In this document: positions 1-9,826 of the stretch, piece after piece
How positions within the stretch are numbered: the first letter of the stretch is position 1
How the letters are laid out: each line of letters starts with the position of its first letter
Origin: Candidatus Spongiisociaceae bacterium
Lineage (GTDB): Bacteria; Actinomycetota; Acidimicrobiia; Spongiisociales; Spongiisociaceae
DNA: 64,000 nt
NCBI GenBank assembly: GCA_965262915.1
Contig: OZ253564.1
Location: 3,264,001-3,328,000, forward strand
Direction of reading: 5' to 3'
The notes under the pieces: model-generated
What the model was told of the DNA's origin: nothing
Database searches by the model: none
The model's input: the letters and a program-made list of their open reading frames with translations, nothing else
Program-made: the position numbers and the translations under genes

Positions 1-705
1 GGCCAGAGCGCGGCCGACGCCATCGCCCGCAAGGCCTGGGACCTTAGGGAGCACTACCGGGTGGAGAAGATGGACGTTGACGAGGCGATCGACGCCTCTC
101 TCGGAGGCGAAGGCTTGTTCGCCCTGTCCGAGGGCGCCGACAGCACAACCGCCGGCGGACTGGGCGACGGCAATCTCCTGCTGCGAGCGCTCCTCCGCCG
201 CGGCGTCGATGTCCCCTGTCTGGTCATGGTCAGCGACCCGGCCGCCGCCGACCTATGCATCCGCGCCGGTGTCGGCACCACGGTCACCACGGAACTCGGC
301 GGCACATCCAACCCCGCCTTCTACAGCCCCGTGGAGGTCACCGGGACGGTCCAAAGCCTGACCGACGGACGCTACACGAACCACTACGGAGGCATCCGGC
401 CGGTTGACATGGGCCCCACGGCGGTGCTCCAGGTGGGATCGATCTCAATCATGATCCCAACCCACCGCCCGCCGATGGTCGATTACGAGGCCTATCTCAG
501 CGTCGGCGCCGATCCTCGGCAGGTGCGCATTGTCCAACCCAAGTCCGCCGGTGCCTATCGCGAGTACTACGAGCCGATCGCCACCTGCATCGACATCGAT
601 GTTCCCGGTCCGGCCGGTAGCGACCTCACGGCGTTCCCCTTCAAACGCATCCCGCGCCCGATGTGGCCGTGGGACCCGGAATTAACCGATCCCTGGACGG
701 AGTGA
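1..705 (+). CDS. MlrC/M81 family metallopeptidase, C-terminal part (5' end outside window)
   Basis: Frame open from base 1. Motifs EGADSTTAGGLGD, DPAAA..C..AGVG, G..DMGPTAVL, IVQPKS and F+RIPRPMWPWD are typical of the MlrC C-terminal domain. Confidence 0.8.
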   Translation, partial: GQSAADAIARKAWDLREHYRVEKMDVDEAIDASLGGEGLFALSEGADSTTAGGLGDGNLLLRALLRRGVDVPCLVMVSDPAAADLCIRAGVGTTVTTELGGTSNPAFYSPVEVTGTVQSLTDGRYTNHYGGIRPVDMGPTAVLQVGSISIMIPTHRPPMVDYEAYLSVGADPRQVRIVQPKSAGAYREYYEPIATCIDIDVPGPAGSDLTAFPFKRIPRPMWPWDPELTDPWTE

Positions 706-773
706 GGCCGGGCTACGGGTATAGGTTCGGTCGGGTTCCGTCAACTTCGGGTAAGTGTCGAAAACCGGACCGG

Positions 774-1547
774 TTACCAGATACTCCAGCCTCCGTCGAC
801 CACGAGATTGTGACCGTTCACGAACGCGGAGCCTTCCGCCGAGAGGAACACGACCGCAGTCACGTAGTCCTCGGGCAAACTGTTGCGGCCCACGGGCGTC
901 TGCTCCGCAAGCCTCGCCCAGAGCGCCAATACTTCCGCGCTCGGCGTAGGGGCCCAAGTGATCATGCCGGGACTGAGCGCGTTGATGGTGACGCCGGTCC
1001 CGCCGAGCTGGCACGCGAGATAGCGGGTGAAGCCGATCAGTCCGTGCTTCGCGGCCGTGTACGCGCCCGCACCGCCTACGGGCAGGGTGTTGCGAGCATC
1101 TTGGCCGATCGAGCCATAGACCGACGCTACGTTGATGACGCGACCCCAGCCGCGGGCGACCATCTTCGGGGTCAGGAGCCGGCACAGCCGCTCGGCCGCG
1201 ATCACGTTGATTTCGTAGGTATTACGCCACTCCTGAGCGGCCTGCTCTCCCCAAGGCTTGGTGTGCGGATCGCCGCCCGCGTTGTTGACGAGGATGTCGA
1301 TGTGTTCGTCCATACCGTCGAGCTGTTCATAGAGCGCGTCGTCGGTGAGGTCGCCGACGATGTACCGATGCTCCGGTCCGAGGCTCGAGAAGGTCTCGGC
1401 GAGCCCGTCCGCGCTGCGGGCCACACTGAGCACGGTGGCGCCGTGGCCGGCTAGTCCATGGACGAGCGTCCGGCCCAGGCCGTAGCCGCCACCGGTGACC
1501 AGAGCCGTCTTCCCGGTGAGGTCAAACATGTTCGATCGGATGTCCAT
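774..1547 (-). CDS. SDR family NAD(P)-dependent oxidoreductase
   Basis: TGGGYGLG, NNAG, YTAAK, LVVDGG. Start uncertain (1547 or 1583). Confidence 0.9.
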   Translation of the reverse strand: MDIRSNMFDLTGKTALVTGGGYGLGRTLVHGLAGHGATVLSVARSADGLAETFSSLGPEHRYIVGDLTDDALYEQLDGMDEHIDILVNNAGGDPHTKPWGEQAAQEWRNTYEINVIAAERLCRLLTPKMVARGWGRVINVASVYGSIGQDARNTLPVGGAGAYTAAKHGLIGFTRYLACQLGGTGVTINALSPGMITWAPTPSAEVLALWARLAEQTPVGRNSLPEDYVTAVVFLSAEGSAFVNGHNLVVDGGWSIW

Positions 1548-1659
1548 CTTGCGAGGCTCCTTTCCCAGCGGTTGGTCAGTCATCGAGGAATGTCATCGCC
1601 TCCATCTCGACGAAGAAGCAGGGATGAAGCGACTCGCGACCGCCGACGAAGGCACCGGC

Positions 1660-1699
1660 CATTCGAGAAGCAACATTCGAGAAGCAACATTCGAGAAGC
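1660..1699. repeat. 14-bp tandem repeat CATTCGAGAAGCAA, ~2.9 copies
   Basis: Read directly; lies near the truncation point of the IS256 remnant. Confidence 0.9.
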
Positions 1700-1724
1700 C
1701 CGCGGGGGTTGCCGCTTCGACGGT

Positions 1725-2283
1725 ACGGGCCGGTTACGGAACTCTGCCACTGTCTGGTCCAGCTCCCGGGCCAATTCGGACACCTGGGACTTGGACAGCG
1801 ACGTGACACCCGCCGCTTCGACCAGGCCCTCCACCCAACGGGTCGAGATTCCCCGCACCCAAGCCTCGGTCACCACCTGCACGAAGGCCCGCTCCGAACG
1901 GGTACGCGCATCCAACACCCACTCCGGAAAGTACGAACCCCGCCGAAGCTTGGGAATCCGCAGCTCGATTGAACCCACCCGAGCTTCCCAACGCCGAGTC
2001 CGATATCCGTTCGGACGGTTCACCCGTTCCGGGCTCTGCTGCCCCCAGGGAGCTCCGCAGATCACATCCGCCTCCGGCGACATCAGCCCCTGCGCCGAAG
2101 CTACGGACCATCTCCCGCAGCAAATCATTACCCTCTGCCTCAAGCCGGTTGCATAACCACACCAACTCGTCCATCCTTGCACCGACGACCGCGTTCCTCC
2201 TCACGGTCCAATGCCAATACCTCCCTGAGGCTGGAGCGGTAGTCACCTAACCCAAAGGACCCTCACCCAACGTACACCACTCG
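1725..2283 (-). pseudogene. IS256-family transposase remnant (N-terminal part only, frameshifted)
   Basis: RVNRPNGYRTRRW..RVGSIELRIPKLRRGSYFP, EAWVRGISTR and LSKSQVSEL..ELD..V.EFRNRP. The N-terminus (MDELVWL..DLLREMV) is in another frame and there is no DDE core. Boundaries approximate. Confidence 0.85.
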
Positions 2284-2537
2284 GATTGTTGCAGGTATCG
2301 CGCGGGTGTCCTACGTCGGGCCGGTTCGCGAATCTCCTTGTCAGCGAGGTCGTGGCAACTGCCTTGCGGCGGGTATCGGTCTCATAATCTACCGTTAGAG
2401 GGTTCCAGTTAGGTGGGTCGGGTCCTGTGGTGGGTGGGGCAGGCATTTTTGGGGAGGGGGTTTGTTTGGTCGTGTTTTCTAGCCGTTCTCTGGTTCGTGG
2501 GGTTACGCCGAGCCGTTGGCCATGCGGTGAAACGCTG

Positions 2538-2614
2538 TGGTGGAGCTGAGGGGATTTGAACCCCTGACCCCCTCGTTGCGAACGAGGTGCTCTGCCGAAC
2601 TGAGCTACAGCCCC
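2538..2614 (-). tRNA. tRNA-Ala(CGC)
   Basis: Reverse complement GGGGCTGTAGCTCAGTTCGGCAGAGCA CCTCG TT CGC AA CGAGG GGGTCAGGGGTTCAAATCCCCTCAGCTCCACCA, with G3-U70 pair and encoded CCA. Confidence 0.97.
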
Positions 2615-2739
2615 GGGTGCAGCGCCATTGTACCCGGAATGACGGGCGGGGCGATCCGGCTATAGCAGGACTTCACCGCTGCCTCGGAATGCCTTGGAGA
2701 ACGGCGGTCGCTCTCGCCCGTCTTCGTCGAGCGCGCTTT

Positions 2740-3390
2740 CTATGGCCGGACGACGGGTGGCGCATGGGTTGCTGCGCACTCCCGAAGGTCGCGGCGGAGT
2801 CGCTCGGCCACCAGCGCCGACGTGAGATCGGCCCTGCTACGTTCCGTCAGGCTGCGGGCTACGTCGGTGGTGCGGCGTAACCCGCCGGTCATGCCATCGG
2901 GATAGTCGAGGGCCGCCAGCAAATCGACGATCTCGTCCATGACCGCCAGCAGCTGCTCCGCCTCCTCGAACTCCTCGGCTCGCAACTGGTCGAGAAGACG
3001 ACGACGGAGTTCCCCGACCGCCTCGCCCAGACCCTTGAGGTAGGGAACCATGGTCATTCCCAGGTCCTGTGCGGTGGGGAGTTCGTGGCGGAACGCCAAA
3101 GCCAGGAACAGGCGGGCTTCGGCGTACTCCTTGGCCGCGTCGTTGAGAATGCCTACGTTGATGTCGGAATGGCCGGCCATGGCGCCGGTGGACTCCTCGA
3201 GGAGTAGGCGAGCCTCCTCGAGCAACGAACCGGCTGCCTCGAGTTCTCCCCGGTGTACCGAACGGATGGCTCTCGCCGAGCATCTGATGATCTGGCGACC
3301 GTTGACGATGACCGTTTCCCTCGCCGAGAACTTCGGGTCGAGTTCGGCGCGTGCGGCAGTCTCGATGGAGGAGAGATCGGGGAGGATCAT
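2740..3390 (-). CDS. Translin/Trax (C3PO-like) family protein
   Basis: All-helical 216 aa with ARE..I...R.IIR.S..AI..VHRG, KEYAEA, YL.GLGEAVGELRR..LD and DYPD..TGGLRRTTDVARS..ERS, matching archaeal/Chloroflexi translin-like proteins. Confidence 0.85.
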   Translation of the reverse strand: MILPDLSSIETAARAELDPKFSARETVIVNGRQIIRCSARAIRSVHRGELEAAGSLLEEARLLLEESTGAMAGHSDINVGILNDAAKEYAEARLFLALAFRHELPTAQDLGMTMVPYLKGLGEAVGELRRRLLDQLRAEEFEEAEQLLAVMDEIVDLLAALDYPDGMTGGLRRTTDVARSLTERSRADLTSALVAERLRRDLRECAATHAPPVVRP

Positions 3391-3397
3391 GGGATCG

Positions 3398-3916
3398 CTA
3401 GCGAGATTGAACGACTCTGACCCTGGAGCTGTAGAACATCATCTCGGTCTCCTGCTCCGAAGCCATGCTCTCGAGCTCGGCCGCTCTCTGCCGATCCTTG
3501 ATCTGGCGGAGCATCGCCATGTACCAGATGAGCAGGGCGTCGAACGCCAGATGGGAACCGATGATCCACAGGCTCCGGAAGATGACGGCTGCGACCAGGG
3601 TCCCGATGGCGGCGGTCGCCAGCGTGACGACTGCCTGGCGCCGACGGGACAGGATCGCGGCGCTAGCCATTCCGCTCGCCACCGCCTCGACCGGGGCGAC
3701 CGGACCGGGAGCGGAACTGTGATAGGTGTCCCGGGGTGCCCGCCCGGCCTGCTCCGGCTGCTCGGTGAGCCTGGCGGCACGGCGGTTGGGACTGAGCCAG
3801 GAAGTGCGCCGATCGGCCCATAGAGGAGGCAGTATACACACCGCCCATAGACAGGCAATCACCAGAAAGAGCGCCCAAGCCATCTCTGCAGCCAACTCCC
3901 CGATCCGCAATCGCAA
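3398..3916 (-). CDS. Putative GlpR/SepX-like divisome membrane protein
   Basis: N-terminal TM (LWAVCILP), low-complexity linker, RRRQ + 2 TM + Y..MLRQ. Position between moeA/moaC and tRNA-Ala(CGC) matches the actinobacterial glpR locus. Start may be ATG ~3883. Confidence 0.55.
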   Translation of the reverse strand: MRLRIGELAAEMAWALFLVIACLWAVCILPPLWADRRTSWLSPNRRAARLTEQPEQAGRAPRDTYHSSAPGPVAPVEAVASGMASAAILSRRRQAVVTLATAAIGTLVAAVIFRSLWIIGSHLAFDALLIWYMAMLRQIKDRQRAAELESMASEQETEMMFYSSRVRVVQSR

Positions 3917-4002
3917 GACAGGTTATACGCCACAGGGTGAGTATCCAAGGATTTCCGGCCGATGCGTGGCGGTGTCGGACCCCCGCGCAAGGACCTCCGG
4001 CC

Positions 4003-4485
4003 TCACTCCGATCCGGCGGACCAGGATCCGGACCGGCCCCCCGACTTGTGCAGAAGGCGTATCCCGTCGATCCGGGCGCCTCGTTCGACTCCCTTGATCA
4101 TGTCGTAGAGGGTCAGGGCCGCGATCGAGGCCGCGGTGAGGGCCTCCATCTCCACCCCGGTCCGGTCCGTGGTCCTCACCGTGGACCGGATCCGGGCTGC
4201 CGACCCGGTTCGGTCCACGGTGACAGTCACGTCCGATATCGACAGCGGATGGCAGAGTGGGATCAGCTCGGCAGTCTTCTTGGCCGCCATGATCCCCGCC
4301 AGCCGGGCGGTGCCGATCGCGTCACCCTTCGACAGGCCACCGTCGAATACCAGGTCGAGCGTCGCCTCGGACGCCACCACCACGGCCTCGGCGGTTGCCC
4401 TCCGGTCGCTGACCGGCTTGTCGCCGACGTCCACCATCCGCGCCCGGCCTCGCTCGTCGATATGGGTAAGACCGATGTCAACCAT
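4003..4485 (-). CDS. moaC: Cyclic pyranopterin monophosphate synthase
   Basis: [40 protein letters not shown]. Start reassigned to the ATG overlapping the moeA stop. Confidence 0.95.
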   Translation of the reverse strand: MVDIGLTHIDERGRARMVDVGDKPVSDRRATAEAVVVASEATLDLVFDGGLSKGDAIGTARLAGIMAAKKTAELIPLCHPLSISDVTVTVDRTGSAARIRSTVRTTDRTGVEMEALTAASIAALTLYDMIKGVERGARIDGIRLLHKSGGRSGSWSAGSE

Positions 4486-5710
4486 CGAATGCGTCGGATG
4501 CGGGGCGGGTCTCCGGAGCGCGGAACAACTCGATCGTGACCCGATCCCCCACCTCCACATAGCCGGTCCCCACCGGAACCACCGCGAAGGCATCGGCCCG
4601 GGCCAGCGAGGAAAGAACGTTCGACATCTGGGCGCCGCTGCTTCTGATGTAGGTGATCCCATCCCGGATGTCGGTGATCACCCTGGTGAACACCGTCTTT
4701 GCCGGATCGGTACGCCATCTCTCGGTTGCGACCGCCGGAACCAGGGGACGGAACACCGCGGTACATCCCATCATGTGCAGCAGGGCAGGGCGGGCGAACT
4801 GCTCGTAGGCCACCATGACCGAGACCGGATTGCCGGGAAGGCCCAGCAGAGGCGTACCGTCGATATGGCCGAAAGCAAACGGCTTGGCGGGTTGCATGGC
4901 CACCTGCCAGAACTCGACAGTCCCGAGTTCGGCCAGGATCGCTTTGACGAGGTCGTACTCGCCTTTGGAAACACCACCCGACGTGAGCACCATGTCCGCA
5001 GTCGCAGCCCCCTCGGCCAAGGCGCTGCGCAAGGTGTCGGCGTCGTCCCCCACGATGCCCAGATCCACGACCACCGCTCCCAACCTCTCCAGGAGACCGA
5101 TGAGCAACGGACGGTTGGTATCACGGATCTGCCCCGGACCGAGGACTCTCGTGTCAGGAGGCAGCACCTCATCGCCGGTGGACAGTACCGCGACCCGAGG
5201 GCGGCGCCGGACGGCCGGAGCGACACCCAGCGACGCCAGCACCGCCACGTGGCGGGCGGTGAGGCGCTCCCCGACCTCGAATACCGGCTCGCCGGCTACC
5301 AGATCGCCGCCGGCCGGGCGAACCGCGGTTCCCGTCGCGGTCTCCGCCAGGATCAGTACCCCGGCGGGAAGCGGCTCGGTGTCCTCCACCTTCACGACCG
5401 TATCGGCCCCACCGGGCATCGGTGCACCGGTCATGATCTTGATGGCCGTACCGGGCGTGACCGTGGCCCGCGCCACATGTCCGGCGGGCACATCCTCGAG
5501 CACCCGGAGCGTCGCCGGCGCCGTCGACACGTCGGCGCCCAGCACCGCGTACCCATCCATGGCCGAGTTGGTGAACGGGGGGACATCGTGAGGCGCCAGC
5601 ACGGGCCGGGCCAGGGCCAAGCCGAGCACCTGGCCGAGCGGTAGTTCCACCATCGGCAGCGGGGGCACCGAGATCAGTACTTCTCTCTGGGCTTCAGCGA
5701 GCGGGCGCAT
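4478..5710 (-). CDS. moeA: Molybdopterin molybdotransferase / gephyrin-like Glp
   Basis: [42 protein letters not shown]. Confidence 0.95.
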   Translation of the reverse strand: MRPLAEAQREVLISVPPLPMVELPLGQVLGLALARPVLAPHDVPPFTNSAMDGYAVLGADVSTAPATLRVLEDVPAGHVARATVTPGTAIKIMTGAPMPGGADTVVKVEDTEPLPAGVLILAETATGTAVRPAGGDLVAGEPVFEVGERLTARHVAVLASLGVAPAVRRRPRVAVLSTGDEVLPPDTRVLGPGQIRDTNRPLLIGLLERLGAVVVDLGIVGDDADTLRSALAEGAATADMVLTSGGVSKGEYDLVKAILAELGTVEFWQVAMQPAKPFAFGHIDGTPLLGLPGNPVSVMVAYEQFARPALLHMMGCTAVFRPLVPAVATERWRTDPAKTVFTRVITDIRDGITYIRSSGAQMSNVLSSLARADAFAVVPVGTGYVEVGDRVTIELFRAPETRPASDAFDG

Positions 5711-6545
5711 AGGTCCATTCCACCAGAAGATCGTCGACTATGGCGCGGAAATCTGGGCCGTAGACGGGATCGAGGGCGCCCAGCACCGCGTTGGCGTGCA
5801 GGTAGCCGAGAGGATTCCCGACATCGAGCAACTCGACATCGGCCACGTACGCCCGGCATCTTCCTGCCTCCCCCAGCGCTGCGATCGCATCAGTCAACTG
5901 TATCTCGCCTCCGTAGCCGGGTTGGGTCCGTTCGAGGTACTCGAACACCTCGGGCATGAACAGGTAGCGTCCATGGATCCCGTAATTGGACGGCGCACGG
6001 GCCGCACCCGGCTTCTCCACCGCTCCCCCGACCTCCACAACATCGCCGGACACCTCGGATCGAGGAACGATCACCCCCTTGACGTCGAGCATCTCGTCCG
6101 GCAACTCTCGCACGTAGACGACCGATACCCCGCCGTCGGCTGCTGCCGCCAGATGGGGGAGGATGTCATCTCGCGGCCGGATCAGATCGTCGGCCAGCAA
6201 CACGTAGAACGGGCGGTCCCCTATCGCCTCGCGTCCCATGAGCACCGCATGCCCCAGTCCCTTGGCCTCGTGCTGGACCACCGACCGAACCCGGATGCCC
6301 TCCAATCCCGGGAGGAACCGGGATGAGACGAAATGTCGCTCGATGATCGTCCCGCCATCGGGATCAGCCACCACGACCACCTCGGTTACTCCCGCCCGGA
6401 CTGCCTCCTCCACGACCCACTGGATGCTCGGACGATCGACCACGGTGAGCAGTGCCTTGGGAATGGCGTTGGTGGCCGGACGCATCCGCGTCCCGCGACC
6501 CGCAGCCGGGACCAGCGCTACGTCGACCTTCATGGTGCTGGACAC
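5694..6545 (-). CDS. galU: UTP--glucose-1-phosphate uridylyltransferase
   Basis: PAAGRGTRM.PAT..IPK, Q.EAKGLGHAV, VEKP, GEIQLTDAI. Confidence 0.9.
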   Translation of the reverse strand: MSSTMKVDVALVPAAGRGTRMRPATNAIPKALLTVVDRPSIQWVVEEAVRAGVTEVVVVADPDGGTIIERHFVSSRFLPGLEGIRVRSVVQHEAKGLGHAVLMGREAIGDRPFYVLLADDLIRPRDDILPHLAAAADGGVSVVYVRELPDEMLDVKGVIVPRSEVSGDVVEVGGAVEKPGAARAPSNYGIHGRYLFMPEVFEYLERTQPGYGGEIQLTDAIAALGEAGRCRAYVADVELLDVGNPLGYLHANAVLGALDPVYGPDFRAIVDDLLVEWTYAPAR

Positions 6546-6857
6546 GTCATCGGGTCAGCCTGTGCGGGACCGCCCGGACCTGCACCGGGCATCCGGTCGC
6601 GTCCCGACTGCCGGCCGGTGGTGGCAAACCGGGGCTGCTACAAGAACTCATAGCGGTCGATTATCGCGTGTTCTTCGAGATCAACACAGATCGAGCGATC
6701 GAACTTGCCCGGTCGTGACTCAACGCACTCTCGCAAGCATCCGAATCCCGTCTCGATCCCGCATCGGGGCGTGACGACCGGCCGGCCTGCCGCTCGACCC
6801 TGAGTCCCCGATCAGCGTGTGGCCGGCCTTCAGCAATCGTCATCGTTCACCATTCTC

Positions 6858-6964
6858 CTAGGAGGGTGGTCTAAAACGGTTGGGAGCAACGGCCCGTCTT
6901 CCTCTGAACAGGCATTATGTCATCGGTCGACGGGCCGTGAAGGGGTTTCACACCACCCTCCTAG
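6858..6964 (+). mobile_element. MITE-like hairpin element, family A, copy 1 (107 bp)
   Basis: TIR CTAGGAGGGTGGT...ACCACCCTCCTAG; inner stem ACGGCCCGTC/GACGGGCCGT; near-identical copies at 12829 and 16434. Confidence 0.85.
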
Positions 6965-7017
6965 ACTTCGACCGGTCCGACAACCGACAACTTACCGACG
7001 CGACCAGGAGCGCCAAC

Positions 7018-7419
7018 GTGAAGGTCTTCAGCTTTGATCCTGGCAGGATCCACCTCTTGAGCCTCCGCGAAGGCGATGACCTCCTGCAGTCATTGACGGA
7101 GTTCGCTCGGTCGAACGGGATCCTGGCCGCGACCATCACTTTCCTGGGCTCCGTCAATCGGGCCGATCTGTCCTGGTATGACCCCGACGCCGGGGACTAC
7201 CGCACCTTCACTGTGGAGGCACAACTGGAGGTTGCGGGCGGAACCGGCAACATCTCCCTGTTCGACGGCCAACCACTGGTACACATACACGCTGTGTTCG
7301 CCGACTCGACCGGGGGAATCTTCAGCGGCCACGTGAACACGGGAACAACGGTCTTTGCCATGGAAGCCGTGGTCCACGAACTGATCGGCCCGCCGCCGGA
7401 GTTCTGGGGCACGCTATGA
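7018..7419 (+). CDS. PPC domain (DUF296) protein
   Basis: L..GDDLL.SL..F, G.I.....LGSV, LEV...TGNIS..DG.P.VHIH.VF, GH. GTG start after AGGAG. Confidence 0.85.
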   Translation: MKVFSFDPGRIHLLSLREGDDLLQSLTEFARSNGILAATITFLGSVNRADLSWYDPDAGDYRTFTVEAQLEVAGGTGNISLFDGQPLVHIHAVFADSTGGIFSGHVNTGTTVFAMEAVVHELIGPPPEFWGTL

Positions 7420-7529
7420 GTCAGCCGTGATCGCCGTGTTCAACCTCGCACTCGGGCCCTGCAGGGGGAAGTCACCCCGACCGATCCGCGACTAATCTGC
7501 CTAGCGAGGTACCCTCCGAGGAGGAATCT

Positions 7530-8369
7530 TTGACCAACCGGGTGTTCAGCGACAGCAGCGGCAGCGGGGAGGCTGCGGAGTCATCACCGGCCATCTCGCT
7601 GCGACGTGTCAGCAAAGAATTCCAGCTGAGGAGGGGTCAACCACTGCTGGCTGTCTCCGACGTGAGCCTTGATGTCGAAGCCGGGGAGTTCGTGGCGATC
7701 ATCGGGCCTTCGGGCTGCGGGAAGTCAACCTTGCTGCGCCTGGTCGCATCGCTGGAGACACCTTCCCGCGGGTCCGTGGTGGTGAACGGACGTAGACCAG
7801 CCGAGTTGGCGGCGGCGCACCGTCTGGGAGTGGCGTTTCAGGACCACGCACTGCTCCCCTGGCTCACCTCATGGGACAACGTCGCGCTGCCGTTCCACCT
7901 AGCCGAGATGAAACCCGACAAGCAGCGAATCTCGCATCTCATGGCGCTGGTCGGGATGGCGGGATTCGAGAAGGCGAGACCCAAGCAGCTGTCCGGCGGG
8001 ATGCGCCAACGTATCGCCATCGCGCGTGCTCTTGCACTGAACCCCGAAGTGCTACTTCTCGACGAGCCGTTCGGAGCGCTCGATGCGGTGACGCGACGCC
8101 AGATGAACCTGGAACTGCAGAGAATCTGGGCTGCCCAGCAGCACACAACCATTCTCGTGACCCACTCGGTGGACGAGGCACTGTTCCTCGCCGACCGCGT
8201 CATCGTGCTGACGGAGCGCCCCGGCAGGGTGAAGCTCGTCAAAGAAGTCGGCTTCCCGAGACCTCGGCAGAAGGAACTCGCCGCCACGCGGGAGTTCCAC
8301 GCCATAGCGGACGAACTCACGCTGGCCTTGGACTCGACCGGAGTCGGAGAGCCGCCGCAGAACCCCTAG
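7530..8369 (+). CDS. NitT/TauT family ABC transporter ATP-binding protein
   Basis: [31 protein letters not shown]. Confidence 0.95.
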   Translation: MTNRVFSDSSGSGEAAESSPAISLRRVSKEFQLRRGQPLLAVSDVSLDVEAGEFVAIIGPSGCGKSTLLRLVASLETPSRGSVVVNGRRPAELAAAHRLGVAFQDHALLPWLTSWDNVALPFHLAEMKPDKQRISHLMALVGMAGFEKARPKQLSGGMRQRIAIARALALNPEVLLLDEPFGALDAVTRRQMNLELQRIWAAQQHTTILVTHSVDEALFLADRVIVLTERPGRVKLVKEVGFPRPRQKELAATREFHAIADELTLALDSTGVGEPPQNP

Positions 8370-8507
8370 GACGGTCCGGGACCGGAGGGATCAGGCCGGT
8401 GGGGCTCCCCGATCCGGTTCGGCGATGGAGCCGTGGATGCCGCGAGCCTCGGCGGCCAAGCATCGCTGTAGCGCATGTCACGGTAACCCGATCCGACGGA
8501 CGCGAGA

Positions 8508-8538
8508 AGTGCTGCCCCCGCTCATCGGGGGCAGCACT
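8508..8538. terminator. Hairpin between convergent genes
   Basis: AGTGCTGCCCCC-gctcatc-GGGGGCAGCACT, a 12-bp perfect stem. Confidence 0.6.
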
Positions 8539-8563
8539 CCCTCGGACCGGTCGGCTTATCCGG

Positions 8564-9727
8564 TCAACACTCCAACAGCGAGGCTCCGCAATTCGCGAAC
8601 GCATCCTCGAGCAGCGTGATGTCGACCATCGTCTCCGGAGCCGGCAGGTTCTCGATCCCCGTCAGACCCAGTACATCCCACATGGTGGTCGCCATAAGAT
8701 CGAAGTCCATGCGGAAGAGGCCCTGCTCGTCGGTCAGGCTGCTCGTCATCAGAGGCACCTGAGCATCGTGGATAGGCCGCTGGAACGAGATGTCCATGCC
8801 GAGTTCGGCCCCACCCTATTTGTTCATCATCAGGTCGATTGCAGTGTCGGGATCGGCGAAGGCCGCTTCCCACCCCTTGATCATCGCCCGCAGGAAGCCG
8901 ACAACAGCTTCACGGTTGGCATCCAGAAACTCGCGATCCACGAACGCCAGATCGTGATACATCTGCATGCCGAGGTCGGCGTAGGACACAGCGACGTTGT
9001 CGACACCCATGAAGTCGAGAATGACCGGGTGGCTGTTCATGTAGTTGACCTGGCCACGTACCAGGCCCTCGGCAACCGGTGACGGGTCAAAACCAACCGG
9101 CACCATGTCGTAACAGCCCGGCTCGAGCCCGTTGAGGACCAGCAGGGCATCGAGTTGGACGATGTCACCGGGAGTGGCTCCGATCTTGCTACCGCATATG
9201 TCACCGGCGGTAAGTATCGGGTCGGAACTCAACGAACTGATCCCGAGGATTCCTTCCTGCAACCTGGTACCGAATATCACGAACTCGTCGCCCTGGGATA
9301 CTGCGTCGGCGATGATGGCCAGCCCCCCGAAACCGATGTCGGCGGCTCCACCGGCGAGGATCTGGACAGGATGCGGTACGTTCGGCCCGCCATACTCGAA
9401 TTCGGGCGCCACGTTCTCTTCGGCGAAGAACCCCAGTTCGTCCGCCATGTACAGCCCCAGGAACCCGGGATCTGCTGTCCAGTTGAGCCGGACGCGGATG
9501 ACCGTAGGTTCCATGGGAGCTTCGGTGGTAGCCGGGGCGGCCGTCGTGGCAGGAGCCGCGGTCGTGGCAGGTGCCGCGGTGGTGGTCGGTGCCGCGGTCG
9601 TGGTAGGTGCCGCGGTGGTGGCAGGAGCCGCCGTCGTGGCAGCCGGCTCGTCGTCGCCACACGCGACCGCCAGCATGGCCAACACGAGGATCATCCCACC
9701 CACTCGGGACCTGTTTGAGTATCGCAC
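8564..9727 (-). pseudogene. NMT1/THI5-like ABC substrate-binding lipoprotein interrupted by an in-frame TAG at 8816-8818
   Basis: Lipobox LAVAC, TTAAP linker, RLNW..DPGF.G.Y.A...GFF.EE, FLRAMIKGW. ORFs 8816-9787 and 8564-8797 share one frame (NK*GGAELGMD). Confidence 0.75.
9523..9644 (-). repeat. 18-bp coding repeat (TTAAPA/T linker)
   Basis: ~6-7 degenerate units encoding a Thr/Ala/Pro linker after the lipobox. Confidence 0.8.
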
Positions 9728-9826
9728 TGAACGTCTCCTAGGCAGACTATCCACCAAGTCTGCCAGCCCGCACTCCCGGATGTCCAAACCACCCAGGACG
9801 AATCCACCGGGGATGCCGGAACAGCC

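Noticed and set aside
2400-2537. rRNA operon spacer next to tRNA-Ala
   Set aside because: No 16S/23S sequence nearby, and spacer tRNA-Ala normally has anticodon TGC, not CGC.
6546-6857. Small gene upstream of galU
   Set aside because: Only short ORF fragments with no recognisable motif or SD; possibly a remnant, not supportable.
9523-9644. Tandem 18-bp repeats as an array
   Set aside because: In-frame Thr/Ala/Pro lipoprotein linker with synonymous variation.
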